A DNA stretch of 64,000 nt from an uncultured Rhabdothermincola sp. (GTDB lineage: Bacteria > Actinomycetota > Acidimicrobiia > Acidimicrobiales > Acidimicrobilacustridaceae). Made by a program: the position numbers and the translations under genes. Positions 42,510-54,266 of this stretch are shown here, piece by piece (position 1 is the stretch's first letter; each line of letters begins with the position of its first letter). Location of the stretch: positions 1,002-65,001 of the forward strand of contig CAZHBH010000003.1 in NCBI GenBank assembly GCA_964530525.1, in the 5' to 3' direction. The notes beneath the pieces were generated by a model. The model saw only the letters and a program-made list of their open reading frames with translations, ran no database searches and had not been told where the DNA came from.

Positions 42510-43340
42510 TCAGCGCAGGCGCCACTCGATGCGCTTGCCCGAGGCGAAGGTCTCCTGGCCCTGCCGAAGCGACTCGTCGTCGGTGCCCAGTCCGATCAGG
42601 GCGTAGCTCATGGCGAGCGCCTGCGAGCGGGTGTGCTCCAGGCCCGTCCAGATGGAGCGCACGGTGCCCTGCACGGCTAGGGGAGGGGCCGAGGCGATGG
42701 CCTCCGCGCTCCAGGCGGCGGCCTCCAGCAGCTCCCCGCCGGGCACGACCTCTTGCACGAGTCCCACCTGGAAGGCTCGCTGCGCCGACATCCGCTCGTG
42801 GTTCCCCAGCAGCGACAGCCGCATTATCTCGCCGAAGGGCATCTTCTGGAGCATGTGGATGGGCTCGAAGGCAGAGGTCATCCCGTAGGTCACGTGCGGG
42901 TCGAAGAAGGTGGCGTGCTCTGCCGCGATGATGAACTCCACCTCGCCGAGCAGGTAGAAGGCTCCCCCGCACGCCATGCCGTTCACGGCGGCTATGACCG
43001 GCTTCCAGAGGTCGTTGCTCTTGGGGCCGATGATGTCGCCCACGTCGTCGAAGTGGAACGGCGTCGAGACCTCACCCACCAGCTTGGTCTCGCCGTCGGC
43101 GGGCCGGTCGCGATCGTCGGCCGTACCGAGGGCCTCGGTGCGGTCGATCCCGGTGCAGAAGGCCTTCTCTCCCGCACCAGTGAGCACCACGACACGGACG
43201 TCGTCGTTGCCCCTCAAGCCGCGCCAGAGCTGCTGGAGCTCACGTTGCATCGTCACGTTGAACGCGTTGTGCACCTCGGGGCGATCCAGCGTCACCCAAG
43301 CGACGCCCTCGCGCTCCTCGTAGCCCAGCGTCTCGAACAT
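42510..43340 (-). CDS. enoyl-CoA hydratase/isomerase family protein
   Basis: From the ATG at 43340: VAWVTLDRPEVHNAFN, VVLTGAGEKAFCTGID and AAVNGMACGGAFYLL. Confidence 0.85.
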   Translation of the reverse strand: MFETLGYEEREGVAWVTLDRPEVHNAFNVTMQRELQQLWRGLRGNDDVRVVVLTGAGEKAFCTGIDRTEALGTADDRDRPADGETKLVGEVSTPFHFDDVGDIIGPKSNDLWKPVIAAVNGMACGGAFYLLGEVEFIIAAEHATFFDPHVTYGMTSAFEPIHMLQKMPFGEIMRLSLLGNHERMSAQRAFQVGLVQEVVPGGELLEAAAWSAEAIASAPPLAVQGTVRSIWTGLEHTRSQALAMSYALIGLGTDDESLRQGQETFASGKRIEWRLR

Positions 43341-43534
43341 CGGGTCCTCCCGTTGGCTGGCGGCTCTCGCCGCTCGACGACTCCGCCCCACCTCGTCGGC
43401 AGATCCGGACCTCCCAAATCTCGCACGTCGGGCGATCTCGTGGGTACTCCCCGGCCGTGCTAGGCAGCTGTCGGCAAGCACGAGCGGGTGCGGCGCCCAA
43501 ACGGCTGCCGGGCCGGGGACGGAGGGGGAGAGCA

Positions 43535-44413
43535 TTGGAGATCGGGCTCACGTTGCCGACGATGGTGCCGGGGATCGACCGTGCGACGTTGCTGGAGTGG
43601 TCGAGGCGGATCGACGACGGTCCGTTCTCGACCCTGGCGGTGGGGGAGCGCATCTCGTACCCGAACCCTGAGATGTTCGTGACGCTGGCCGCTGCAGCGG
43701 CCGTCACCGAGCGAGTCCGCATCATGTCGACGGTCGTGATCCTGCCCATGCACCCCGCTGTGGAGGTGGCCAAGATGGCCGCCTCCATCGACTTGCTCTC
43801 GGGCGGGCGCTTCGTGATGGGTGTCGGCGTGGGAGGGCGCGAGGAGGACTTCCGTTGCCTCGATGCGCCGTTCGAGGGCCGCCACGCCCGCCTCGACCAA
43901 CAGGTGGCAGCCATGCGACGCATCTGGGCAGGCGAGCCGCCGTTCGAAGGCGCGGCCGCCGTCGGCCCGTCCCCACTCCAGCCCGGGGGCCCGCCCGTGT
44001 ACGCCGGGGCGATCGGACCCAAGGCGATAGCCCGAGCGTCGCGATGGGCCGACGGGATCAGCGGCTTCCTGCTCGACCCCGTAGGTGACGACGTTGCCAC
44101 CACCTTCCGCGCCATCGAGCAGGCGTGGGCCGATGCGGGCCGTACCGAACCACCGCGCCACGTCACCTCGTTCTGGTGCGCGCTCGGCGAGGGGGCTGCC
44201 GATCAGCTGGCTGCCTACGCCCGTCGCTACCTGGGGATCTTCGGCCCGGAGGCGTCGGGAGCCATGGCCGAGGTCTGCAGCGCCCACGGTGAGGCCAACG
44301 TGCGCAAGGCCCTGGAGCGCCTCTCGGAGGCAGGCTGCGACGAGGTGGTGCTCGTGCCCACGACCTCCGACGTGGACGAGGTCGGGCGCCTCGGCTCGCT
44401 CGCCCTGCCGTAG
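43535..44413 (+). CDS. LLM-class (luciferase-like) flavin-dependent oxidoreductase
   Basis: IGLTLPTMVPG...FSTLAVGERISYPNPEMFVTLAAAAAVTERVRIMSTVVILPMHP is typical of the F420/FMN LLM family. The TTG at 43535 lies 4 nt after GGAGGGGGAG. The track start is 43457. Confidence 0.7.
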   Translation: MEIGLTLPTMVPGIDRATLLEWSRRIDDGPFSTLAVGERISYPNPEMFVTLAAAAAVTERVRIMSTVVILPMHPAVEVAKMAASIDLLSGGRFVMGVGVGGREEDFRCLDAPFEGRHARLDQQVAAMRRIWAGEPPFEGAAAVGPSPLQPGGPPVYAGAIGPKAIARASRWADGISGFLLDPVGDDVATTFRAIEQAWADAGRTEPPRHVTSFWCALGEGAADQLAAYARRYLGIFGPEASGAMAEVCSAHGEANVRKALERLSEAGCDEVVLVPTTSDVDEVGRLGSLALP

Positions 44414-44487
44414 GCCACCGAGCACGGCGGCGCCGCATCCGACAGGATGGGAGCGGACACGTTCTCAAACCACGAGGAGATGCGCAG

Positions 44488-45504
<1,017 letters not shown>

Positions 45505-45550
45505 GGCCGGGATCGGCAGGACCCAGCCTGGAGCAGAGGAGGTCCCTGCA

Positions 45551-46501
45551 GTGGACGAGGCGCGGGGGAAGGCCTCCGTAGCGGACTTCCGCGGCCAGAG
45601 CGCTGCAAGGCTCGTCGCCGGCGACGTGGAGGCCACCTTCCTGCCTGGCCTCGGCATGCTCGGTGCGTCGCTGCGGTTCGCCGGGCGAGAGCACCTGAGC
45701 CTCCACGGCGGCCTGGGCGCGTTTCGTTCGGGCCACACCACGGGGCTCCCCCTGCTCGCGCCGTGGGCCAACCGCCTCGGGGGGCCGCGGTACCGGGTGG
45801 GATCGCACCGCGTCGACCTCACGGGTGTCCATGGCCTTCACACGGATGCAGCGGGCCTGCCCATGCACGGGACGATGCTCGGACAGCGCCGCTGGGAGGT
45901 CGTGCACCTCGAGTGGGATGCCTCCCAGGCGTGCGCGAGCCTGCTGGCGTGCTTTCGCTACGAGGGCGAGGCGCTCCTCGCCGCCTTCCCGTTCCCTCAT
46001 GAGATAGAGGTTCTGGCCAGCGTCACACCCGAGGGCCTGGCGGTGTCGACGACGATCAGACCCATCGGTCGCCGCTCAGCACCCATCTCGTTCGGTTGGC
46101 ACCCCTACTTCCGGATCCCGGGAGTCAGGCGGCGTTCCGAGCTGACGCTGGAGCTCCCCGCCATGCGACGCCTTCACACCGACGAGCGTCAGATACCTGA
46201 CGGCCGGGAGTCCGCCGAGCGCGCCCAGGTGGTGGGACTCGGGGGAGTCGCGTTCGACACCGGGTACCGGCTGGGTCGCACAAGGCGCTTCCGCCTGTCC
46301 TCAACCGAACGATCCCTCATCGTCGAGATGGACAGCGGCTACTCGTTCGCCCAGGTGTTCGCGCCTGGCGGCAAGCCCTACGTGGCCATCGAGCCGATGA
46401 CCGCCCCCGCCAACGCGCTGCTCACCGGTGAGCACCCCGTGGTCGGCCCCGGGGAGTCGTTCACAGCTACGTTCACCGTGCAGGTCCGAACCAAGGAGTG
46501 A
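45551..46501 (+). CDS. aldose 1-epimerase-family protein
   Basis: From GTG 45551, 8 nt after GAGGAGG: [31 protein letters not shown] and [11 protein letters not shown] fit the galactose-mutarotase-like fold. Confidence 0.65.
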   Translation: MDEARGKASVADFRGQSAARLVAGDVEATFLPGLGMLGASLRFAGREHLSLHGGLGAFRSGHTTGLPLLAPWANRLGGPRYRVGSHRVDLTGVHGLHTDAAGLPMHGTMLGQRRWEVVHLEWDASQACASLLACFRYEGEALLAAFPFPHEIEVLASVTPEGLAVSTTIRPIGRRSAPISFGWHPYFRIPGVRRRSELTLELPAMRRLHTDERQIPDGRESAERAQVVGLGGVAFDTGYRLGRTRRFRLSSTERSLIVEMDSGYSFAQVFAPGGKPYVAIEPMTAPANALLTGEHPVVGPGESFTATFTVQVRTKE

Positions 46502-46506
46502 GTGCA

Positions 46507-48141
46507 GTGCCCGACCGACACCCCATCACCGAGACCGAGGAGTGGACGGCCCTGGCCTCCCACCACGGAGAGATCTCCGAGGTGCACCTCCGCCAGCTCT
46601 TCGCCGACGATCCCAAGCGTGGCGACACGATGAACCTGGAGGTGGGCGACCTATACCTCGACTACTCGAAGCACCGCCTCACGCACGAGACCCTCTCGCT
46701 GCTCGCGGCCGTCGCACGCAAGGCTGGTGTGGAGGAGCTGCGGGACGCGATGTTCCGGGGCGAGGAGATCAACCTCACCGAGCGCAGGGCCGTCCTGCAC
46801 GTCGCGCTGCGCGCGCCCGCGGAGGAGGTGATCGAGGTAGAAGGCGTGAACGTCGTCCCGCAGGTGCACGCGGTGCTGGCCAAGATGCGCCGGTTCGCCG
46901 ACAAGGTCCGTTCCGGCGAGTGGAGGGGCCACACCGGCAAGCGCATCCGCACGGTGATCAACGTCGGGATCGGGGGTAGCGATCTCGGGCCCCACATGGC
47001 CTACGACGCCCTCGTCGACTTCAGCGACCGCGACATCGAGTGCCGCTTCGTGAGCAACGTCGACGGCAACGAGTTCTGGGAGCTCACGCACGACCTGGAT
47101 CCCACCGAGACGCTGTTCGTGATCGCCTCCAAGACCTTCACGACGCTCGAGACGATGACCAACGCCCACACGGCGCGCGACTGGGTGCTGGGCGCGGTGG
47201 GCGGCGACGAGACCGCGACGCAGAAGCACTTCGTGGCGGTCTCCACGAACGCCGGGGCGGTAGCGGAGTTCGGCATAGACACCGACAACATGTTCGAGTT
47301 CTGGGACTGGGTGGGCGGCCGCTACTCGTACGACTCGGCCATCGGGCTCTCGCTCATGATCGCCATCGGCTCCGACCGCTTCGACGAGATGCTCAGGGGG
47401 TTCCACCTGGTCGACGAGCACTTCCGGACTGCTCCGATCGAGCAGAACATGCCGATGCTCATGGGTCTCATCGGCGTCTGGTACAACAACCTGTTCGGAG
47501 CCCAGACGCTCGCCGTCCTTCCCTACAGCCACTACCTGGGTCGCCTCACCCCCTACTTCCAGCAGCTCTCCATGGAGAGCAACGGCAAGTCGGTGGATCG
47601 TGAGGGACGGCCGCTGGGCATGCAGTCCGGAGAGATCGTCTGGGGCCAGCCGGGCACCAACGGCCAGCACGCCTTCTACCAGCTGATCCACCAGGGAACG
47701 AAGCTCATCCCCGCCGACTTCATCGGGTTCGCCCGGTCACGCCACCAGGTGGGCGACCACCAGGACGTCTTCATGGCCAACTTCTTCGCCCAGCCCGAGG
47801 CTCTGGCGTTCGGCAAGACGGCAGAGGAGGTGGCCGCCGAGGGCGTGCCCGAGCACCAGGTGGCCGCCCGCACCTTCCCCGGCAACCGCCCCACCAGCTC
47901 GATCCTCATCTCCGAGCTGTCACCGTTCACGCTCGGCCAGCTGATCGCCCTCTACGAGCACAAGACCTTCACCCAGGGCGCGATCTGGAACATCGACAGC
48001 TTCGACCAGTGGGGGGTCGAGCTGGGCAAGAAGCTGGCGCAGGCGATCATCCCGCAGCTCACGGCCCCGGGGGAGCCCGACCTGGCCCACGACAGCTCGA
48101 CCAACGCCCTCATCCGCAGGTATCGCGCGCTCAAGTCGTAG
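46507..48141 (+). CDS. pgi: glucose-6-phosphate isomerase
   Basis: [40 protein letters not shown] and [15 protein letters not shown] are PGI signatures. GTG 46507 lies 8 nt after AAGGAG. The track start is 46498. Confidence 0.9.
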   Translation: MPDRHPITETEEWTALASHHGEISEVHLRQLFADDPKRGDTMNLEVGDLYLDYSKHRLTHETLSLLAAVARKAGVEELRDAMFRGEEINLTERRAVLHVALRAPAEEVIEVEGVNVVPQVHAVLAKMRRFADKVRSGEWRGHTGKRIRTVINVGIGGSDLGPHMAYDALVDFSDRDIECRFVSNVDGNEFWELTHDLDPTETLFVIASKTFTTLETMTNAHTARDWVLGAVGGDETATQKHFVAVSTNAGAVAEFGIDTDNMFEFWDWVGGRYSYDSAIGLSLMIAIGSDRFDEMLRGFHLVDEHFRTAPIEQNMPMLMGLIGVWYNNLFGAQTLAVLPYSHYLGRLTPYFQQLSMESNGKSVDREGRPLGMQSGEIVWGQPGTNGQHAFYQLIHQGTKLIPADFIGFARSRHQVGDHQDVFMANFFAQPEALAFGKTAEEVAAEGVPEHQVAARTFPGNRPTSSILISELSPFTLGQLIALYEHKTFTQGAIWNIDSFDQWGVELGKKLAQAIIPQLTAPGEPDLAHDSSTNALIRRYRALKS

Positions 48142-48209
48142 TCGGGAGCGAGCGGAGCGCTCGTCTGGCAACAGGCGCCCCGTGCGCTCAGCCGTGGCAG
48201 GCTTCAGGC

Positions 48210-48992
48210 ATGAAGGTCTTCGGAATCGACATCGGCGGCACGGGGATCAAGGGCGGGGTCGTCGACACCAAGCGAGGTGTGCTCAAGAGCGACCGACTGC
48301 GCCTGCTCACGCCGCACCCCGCGAACCCCGACGACGTCGCAGAGGTCGTGCGGAAGCTGGTCAGCCACTTCGACTGGGACGGGCACGTGGGCTGCACCTA
48401 CCCGGGCGTCGTCCAGAACGGCATCTCGCACACGGCGGCGAACCTCACCCCCGATTGGATAGGCCTCGACGTCGACGCGCTTTTCACGAAGGCCACCGGG
48501 TGTGATGTGACCGTCCTCAACGACGCCGACGCCGCGGGCCTGGCCGAGGTCCGATTCGGTGCTGCGGCGGGACATCGGGGGACGGTGCTCCTCCTCACCC
48601 TCGGCACCGGCATCGGGTCGGCGCTCATCGCCGACGGCCAGCTGGTGCGCAACACCGAGCTCGGTCACATCAAGCTGCACGGCGACGACGCGGAGCGCTA
48701 CGCCTCAGGTCTTGTGCGTGAGACGGAGAAGCTGGACTACCCAGAGTGGGCTGCGCGGCTCACCGAGTACCTGGAGCTGGTCGAGGGCCTGCTGTGGCCA
48801 GACCTGTTCATCCTCGGCGGCGGGATCAGCAAGAACTTCGACAAGTTCTCGTCACACCTGACGTGTCGTACACCTGTCGTGGCGGCCAAGCTCCACAACC
48901 TGGCGGGGATCGTCGGGGCTGCCATAGCCGCCGAGTCCGGCAAGCACCAGTCGTCCCACGACAAGGGAAAAGGCAAGGGCAAGGGCAAGTAG
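48210..48992 (+). CDS. ppgK: polyphosphate glucokinase (ROK family)
   Basis: From the ATG at 48210: MKVFGIDIGGTGIKGGVVD, LNDADAAGLAE, TLGTGIGSALI and TELGHIKLHG. There is a C-terminal KGKGKGKGK tail. Confidence 0.8.
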   Translation: MKVFGIDIGGTGIKGGVVDTKRGVLKSDRLRLLTPHPANPDDVAEVVRKLVSHFDWDGHVGCTYPGVVQNGISHTAANLTPDWIGLDVDALFTKATGCDVTVLNDADAAGLAEVRFGAAAGHRGTVLLLTLGTGIGSALIADGQLVRNTELGHIKLHGDDAERYASGLVRETEKLDYPEWAARLTEYLELVEGLLWPDLFILGGGISKNFDKFSSHLTCRTPVVAAKLHNLAGIVGAAIAAESGKHQSSHDKGKGKGKGK

Positions 48993-49002
48993 AGCCGGGG
49001 CG

Positions 49003-49827
49003 CTACCAGCCCTTGAACTCGGGGGAGCGGCGCTCCACGAACGCCCGAACCCCTTCCTGCGCGTCCCGGGTGCCCATGACCAGCTCTTGGGCGAAGCCCT
49101 CCTCGTCGAAGGCCGTCTCTCGGCTCGACTCGAAGGATCGGTTCAGAAGCCACTTCGTCATGGCGAGCGCCTTGGTCGGGGCTCCCGCCAAGCGTGCCGC
49201 GAGGTCGCGGGCCGTGGCCTGAAGATCCGCGGCGGGCACCACCTGGTTGGCGATCCCGATCCTCTCGGCCTCCTGGGCGCTCACCTCGTCGCCCAGGAAC
49301 ATCAGCTCCTTGGCCTTGTGCAAGCCGACCAGGCGCGGGAGCAGGTAGGCACCGCCGGCATCGGGGATGATCCCTCGTCGCACGAACACCTCGATGAGCC
49401 TGGCCGTGTCTGCCATCACCACCAGGTCGCTGGCCAGGACCAGCTGGGCGCCTCCTCCTGCTGCAGTGCCGTTCACCGCCGCGACCACCGGCTTGGCGCA
49501 GTCGAGTATGGATGCCGCCAGCCTCTGCCACCCGTGGCGGATCATGGCGGCCACCTCCCCCAGCGACTTGTCGGGCGCACCCTCGGGCTGCTGTGGGCCG
49601 GGCTGGGGGGATCCGAGGGCAGCACCGGTGCAGAAGTGGCGGTCGCCGGCGCCGGTGAGCACCACAGCGCGCACGGAGAGGTCTTCGGACGCCCGCCCCA
49701 AGAGCTCGGTGAGCCGGTCCCGCCGGGCTGGATCCAGTGCGTTGCCGTGGTCGGGAGCGTTGATCGTGATGTGGGCGATCGAGTCCTCGACCTGCCAGGA
49801 GACCTGCTCGTCCAGGGGGTTGCTCAT
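49003..49827 (-). CDS. enoyl-CoA hydratase/isomerase family protein
   Basis: From the ATG at 49827: IAHITINAPDHGNAL, VVLTGAGDRHFCTGAAL and AAVNGTAAGGGAQLVLASD. Confidence 0.85.
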   Translation of the reverse strand: MSNPLDEQVSWQVEDSIAHITINAPDHGNALDPARRDRLTELLGRASEDLSVRAVVLTGAGDRHFCTGAALGSPQPGPQQPEGAPDKSLGEVAAMIRHGWQRLAASILDCAKPVVAAVNGTAAGGGAQLVLASDLVVMADTARLIEVFVRRGIIPDAGGAYLLPRLVGLHKAKELMFLGDEVSAQEAERIGIANQVVPAADLQATARDLAARLAGAPTKALAMTKWLLNRSFESSRETAFDEEGFAQELVMGTRDAQEGVRAFVERRSPEFKGW

Positions 49828-50067
49828 GGGGGAGACCTTGACACAGGGCGACGCGTCGGCCAAGAATGCAGTCACCGCGTGACAAAGGACACACCGATCC
49901 GACCCTCCAGGAGGGAACCGGAGGTGTCCTGCGAACAACACGGGGGGATATCGGGGGGTTGAACTGGGACAGGCTGGGGGGCCTGTCCCAGTTCGCGCTT
50001 GCGACCTCTGGGACCTGGAGCTGAAGCGGGCGTCAGCCCCGCCCCCGGGGCCCGGTTCAAACCAGCG

Positions 50068-51735
50068 TCAGCACAGGACCCCTTCGGCGGGTTGGTAGAG
50101 AGCCGAGAAGTAGTCGGTCTCGCTGTGCCCGTCGTTCAGCCAGGTGCGGGTCCGCTCGGTCCTCACCCTGGTGCACGCTCCGGCGGGCGACTCGCTCTGG
50201 CCGGTCTGCTCGCCGGTCACCCAAGGGGAGGAGTACAGGGTCACGGTTATGGAGGTGCCCGTGTACGTCGGCCAGAGCAGGACCCCGAACGGCGTGTTGT
50301 TGGTGATCTTCAGATCCGGCGCGGGGTACGACAGGGTGGCCTCCCGGCCGTACGGGTAGCGGGAGATGTAGATCGTGTGGGCCATGTACTCCGGGATCTC
50401 CAGGCCGGCGAAGAAGGCGGCGTTGAAGGCGGTGGTGGCGAACTGCGACACTCCGCCCCCGACGTCGGTCGTGAACTCGCCGGCGTAGATGACGCCGGCT
50501 TCGGCGAAGCCCTTGGATGTGGTGCGCCTGCCGACGTGCTCGTTTATCGAGAACGTCTCGCCCGGCGCTATGACCGCTCCCCGCACCAGGTCGGCCATGC
50601 GGTGGATGTTCTCAACCCTCGACTCGCAGCAGGCGTGGTTCGTGGTGAAGCTGGCTATCGGCTCGACGATCTTCATCGACTCGGCCCACGCCGCGTCGTG
50701 GACGGGTGGCACGGCCGTGAGGTCCAGCCGCACCGAGGTCTGGCCCCCCTCGAGGGCTGTGATGATCCGATCTGCCGAATCGGGGGCACAGCATCCGGTG
50801 CCGTCGGATCCTGGCGTGTACGACACCGTCCCGTCAGAGGCCACCTGCCAGCTCAGCTGCACCGCCGGCGTCCCGACGTCACCCATGTCCTCGGCGAGCG
50901 TCGTCCTGATGGCAACGGGGTCGAGCGACAGCCTCAGATCGCCCGTCCCGGTCGGTACGGCCCTGGCCCACGATCGCAGGGTGCCCGCTGCGATCGTCGC
51001 GGACGAGCCGTCCAGGGAGACCTCGAGGTCACGGCTCAGCAGCTCGTTGGCCCGGGTCGCCAGCTCGCTCGCCGCCGAGTCGGGAGCCGTGGGGGCCATC
51101 GGAACCGGGGAGAGCTCGACGTGGATGGTGGGTCGATCACCCGACGACCCCCGCCGGAGGCCTTGCGCGATCTGCTCACCCAGGTCGCGCAGGTCGATTC
51201 CCTGCCCCCCCTCGCCAGCCACGGGCACCAGCTCGCCCTCCTCCTCGGCGATCGAGGGCTCGACCGGAGGGGTCAGGTTCGCCGCGACCAGCTCGGCCGT
51301 TGCGGCTTCCAGCGCCGACTGGTTGGTGTCGTAGACCGGGTCCACCTCGTGGTGGCGGAGGGTCGAACCCAGCCATCCGAACGGCCGTACCAGGAAGCTC
51401 TCGTCGCGGCCCGCCCCCATCGCTGCGGCCACGGTGGCCGCTACGTCCATATCCATCCCCAGCTCGCCGGCAGTCGAGCGCAGAGAAGCTGCCGGGGTCA
51501 CGATCTCCACCTGCTGGCGGGCAGCCTCGCCTGCCAGGCGTTCGACCGTCGTTCGAAGCTCGTCCTCGGTGAGCCCTCCCACCGGCTCACCATCGACGTC
51601 GACGTTGCGCATCACCTGGCCGGAGTGAGCGGCGCTGTCGATCGCCCACGCCCCGAAGAGGACCACGAGCACCGCCCCCACGACCGCGATCGCGACGATC
51701 AGCGTGTTGCGAAGCGATGCGGGCACGCCGACCAC
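50068..51735 (-). CDS. VanW-family protein, membrane-anchored
   Basis: N-terminal TM helix. The C-terminus has IAPGETFSINEHVG...GVSQFATTAFNAAFFAGL...HTIYISRYPYGREATLSYPAPDLKITNNTPFGVLLW, the VanW domain. Confidence 0.8.
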   Translation of the reverse strand: MVGVPASLRNTLIVAIAVVGAVLVVLFGAWAIDSAAHSGQVMRNVDVDGEPVGGLTEDELRTTVERLAGEAARQQVEIVTPAASLRSTAGELGMDMDVAATVAAAMGAGRDESFLVRPFGWLGSTLRHHEVDPVYDTNQSALEAATAELVAANLTPPVEPSIAEEEGELVPVAGEGGQGIDLRDLGEQIAQGLRRGSSGDRPTIHVELSPVPMAPTAPDSAASELATRANELLSRDLEVSLDGSSATIAAGTLRSWARAVPTGTGDLRLSLDPVAIRTTLAEDMGDVGTPAVQLSWQVASDGTVSYTPGSDGTGCCAPDSADRIITALEGGQTSVRLDLTAVPPVHDAAWAESMKIVEPIASFTTNHACCESRVENIHRMADLVRGAVIAPGETFSINEHVGRRTTSKGFAEAGVIYAGEFTTDVGGGVSQFATTAFNAAFFAGLEIPEYMAHTIYISRYPYGREATLSYPAPDLKITNNTPFGVLLWPTYTGTSITVTLYSSPWVTGEQTGQSESPAGACTRVRTERTRTWLNDGHSETDYFSALYQPAEGVLC

Positions 51736-51795
51736 GATGGCATGTCGGGGGCTTCGCTGCTGTTCATGCAGGCCCGTGATGGCCCGTACTGGACC

Positions 51796-53403
51796 TCAGC
51801 TGACGTTGCGGCGGGCGAGGCGCTCCCGGATGAGCGCCCTTCGTCGTTGCAGGTCGCGGTAGGTGAGTCGTCTCGTGGTCCTGTCCACGCCGAGGCTGTC
51901 CTTGAAGCCGGTCAGGTCCACCTCGTGCTCTCGGGGGTCGATGCCGATCTCGGTGCTGATGCGTTCGCCGTGGGTCTGCGCGAAGTACACGGAGATGTTG
52001 GTGATCTCCGCGAACAGGTCGAGGTTGGGGGCCAAGGCCGCTATCGCACCGTCGAGGAACACCAGGTTCTTGATGAACAGCATCAGCTCCTTCGGGAGTC
52101 GCGCCCCGTAGGCCAGGAGCTGCTTGGTGGTCCTCTGCATCTCTCCCACCAGCTCGTCGGCGCTCATGGTGGTGGGGTCCACCGGCGGGCGGTCGAGACC
52201 CAGGTCTCGGGCTACTGCCTCCAGATCCGTGTCGGGGGGCAGGGCCCCGAGGTCGCGCAGCGCGGCGAGCTGCATGGGCACGTCGTTCATGGTCCCGCCG
52301 ACCATGAGGCGGAGGAAGGCGAGGCGTTGGGTGTCGTCCATGCGCCCGGTGATCCCGAAGTCGAGCAGAGCCACCCGGTTGTCGGGGAGGACGAAGAGGT
52401 TTCCGGCGTGGAGGTCGCCGTGGAAGACGCCTTCGATGATTGCTCCCTCCAAGAACCCGATCATCCCGGTGCGCACCACCGCCTCGGTGTCGAGGTCCAC
52501 CGCTCGCATCCGCTCCACGTCGTAGAAGGCGAAGCCCTCCAACCTCTCCATCACCAGCACCCTGGGCGACACGAGCCTGGGATGGGGACGAGGCACCACG
52601 AAGCTCCGCTGGCCCAGGACCGCCAGAGCCTTCGCCACCGCCAGCATGTTGTCGGCTTCAAGGCGGAAGTCCAGCTCCTCCACGATGGTCTCCGCGAACA
52701 GCTCCACGAGCGCCGGGGGGTTGGCCAGCGATGCCACCGGGATGCGGCCCACGAGGAGGGGGGCCAGCCACGCCAGGACGGCCAGGTCGTCACGGACCAA
52801 GCGGCTCACCGAGGGTCGTTGCACCTTCACCACCACGTCTTCACCGGTCCGCAGCCGCGCCCGGTGGACCTGGGCGATGGAAGCGGCGGCCAGCGGAGCA
52901 CGTTCGAAGCTCTCGAACACCTCGCCGAGGGGGGCGCCGAGCTCCGCTTCGACGACGGCTCGCACGTCGTCGAACGGCTCCGCCGGCACCTTGTCGCGCA
53001 GCCCCTGGAACTCCACGACCACGTCCGGGGGGAAGAGCCCCTCGCCGGCGCTGATGATCTGCCCCAGCTTGATGTAGGTGGGACCTAGCCGCTCCGCAGC
53101 CACCCTCAAGCGGTGGCAGAGGTCCCGGGTGGAGCTCCAGCCACGGGGGTGCGTCCCGTTCCGGGCCTTCCTCCTGCCCCAGAGCCACCAACCCGCCAGC
53201 GCCCTCCCGAGCTGCCAGAGGGTCGTGAAGATCCTGCTGCCCGGTGGGAGAGTCCTCGGCGTGCTCAGCTCCACCGCCTGGCGGTCGGTGACCCAGCGCA
53301 CCGTGGGCACGGATCGCCTCCAGGAGAGGGCCTCGGGCTCGACCAGCCAGGGTGGCTCGTCGCTGAAGGTGCCGTGGGCGAGGTCGGGCGGGGACGGTCC
53401 CAT
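51796..53403 (-). CDS. ABC1/UbiB-family atypical kinase
   Basis: LGPTYIKLGQIISAGEGLFPPDVVVEFQGLRDKVP, AAASIAQVHRARL, VKVQRP and FHGDLHAGNLFV. The ATG at 53403 overlaps the cysQ stop by 1 nt (TGATG). Confidence 0.8.
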   Translation of the reverse strand: MGPSPPDLAHGTFSDEPPWLVEPEALSWRRSVPTVRWVTDRQAVELSTPRTLPPGSRIFTTLWQLGRALAGWWLWGRRKARNGTHPRGWSSTRDLCHRLRVAAERLGPTYIKLGQIISAGEGLFPPDVVVEFQGLRDKVPAEPFDDVRAVVEAELGAPLGEVFESFERAPLAAASIAQVHRARLRTGEDVVVKVQRPSVSRLVRDDLAVLAWLAPLLVGRIPVASLANPPALVELFAETIVEELDFRLEADNMLAVAKALAVLGQRSFVVPRPHPRLVSPRVLVMERLEGFAFYDVERMRAVDLDTEAVVRTGMIGFLEGAIIEGVFHGDLHAGNLFVLPDNRVALLDFGITGRMDDTQRLAFLRLMVGGTMNDVPMQLAALRDLGALPPDTDLEAVARDLGLDRPPVDPTTMSADELVGEMQRTTKQLLAYGARLPKELMLFIKNLVFLDGAIAALAPNLDLFAEITNISVYFAQTHGERISTEIGIDPREHEVDLTGFKDSLGVDRTTRRLTYRDLQRRRALIRERLARRNVS

Positions 53404-54182
53404 CACGGGAGCTGCTTCAGGGCCTCTAGCGTCGCGCGAGCCAGCTCTGGTCGGCAGATGACGAGATCGGGGAGGTAGGGGTCCGGGTTGTTGTAAGCGA
53501 GCGGGCTCCCGTCCAGCCTGGAGCAGTGGCAACCAGCGGCCAGGGCCACGGCCACCGGGGCACACGAGTCCCACTCGTACTGGCCCCCGGCGTGCAGGTA
53601 GATGTCCACTTCCCCTCGCACCACGGCCATCGCCTTGGCTCCCGCAGAGCCCATGGGCACCAGCTCTGCCCCGAGGGCTTCGGCGACGTGGGTGGCAGCG
53701 GCGGGGGGTCGGCTGCGCGAGACCGCCATTCGGACCCGGTTGCCGTGCGCGGGAGGGAGCGATGGAGGGTCCTCGGTCGACAGCACCGTGCCGAGCGCCG
53801 GTAGGGCAACCGCTCCCACGACCGGGGCCCCGCCTATCGCGAGCGCCACGTGGACGGCCCAGTCGTCACGTCCTGCTTCGCCGTACTCCCTCGTGCCGTC
53901 GAGGGGGTCGACGATCCAGACGCGGGCCTTGGCCAGGCGGGCCTCCGTGTCGGCCGTCTCCTCCGAGAGCACGCCGTCGTCGGGGACCCGCTCGGCCAGG
54001 GCCCCGAGGATCAGATCGTCCGAGCGCCTGTCTCCTGCGTCTCGCAGCTCGGTGGCCTCCAGCGCGGGGCGAGAGGAGGGATCCCCCAGCCCCCTGCGCA
54101 TCTCAACCAGGAGCTCGCCGGCCCTCCGGGCCAGCTCTCGAGCCAGGGCGTGGTCGGGTTCTGTTGCACGGGTTGGGGCCAA
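53403..54182 (-). CDS. cysQ: 3'(2'),5'-bisphosphate nucleotidase (inositol monophosphatase superfamily)
   Basis: DGVLSEE, WIVDPLDGTREY and WDSCAPVAVALAAG. It is divergent from cysDNC. Confidence 0.75.
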   Translation of the reverse strand: MAPTRATEPDHALARELARRAGELLVEMRRGLGDPSSRPALEATELRDAGDRRSDDLILGALAERVPDDGVLSEETADTEARLAKARVWIVDPLDGTREYGEAGRDDWAVHVALAIGGAPVVGAVALPALGTVLSTEDPPSLPPAHGNRVRMAVSRSRPPAAATHVAEALGAELVPMGSAGAKAMAVVRGEVDIYLHAGGQYEWDSCAPVAVALAAGCHCSRLDGSPLAYNNPDPYLPDLVICRPELARATLEALKQLP

Positions 54183-54266
54183 GGCGATCGTGGGCCTATT
54201 CTTTACCGGAATTGTCGGGATTCGGACCTCTCACGGCCGTACCCTACGTCGCCAGAAAGCGAGCCG

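Noticed and set aside
48957-48992. The C-terminal DKGKGKGKGK tail of the polyphosphate glucokinase as a special feature.
   Set aside because: It is a short low-complexity tail from a few GGCAAG-like units. It is likely a harmless extension, and no independent signal suggests function.
49999-53088. Very long ORFs in the track: 49999..53088 (1029 aa), 56644..59211 (855 aa), 58758..61223 (821 aa), 12689..15001 (770 aa), 26988..28433 (481 aa), 39413..41005 (530 aa), and many others rich in Arg/Pro/Gly/Ala.
   Set aside because: Each lies antisense to, or out of frame with, a gene carrying clear family motifs (VanW/UbiB, kgd, the Vgb-like gene, the IS256 transposase, the acyl-CoA synthetase). Their composition is the typical stop-poor shadow frame of high-GC DNA.
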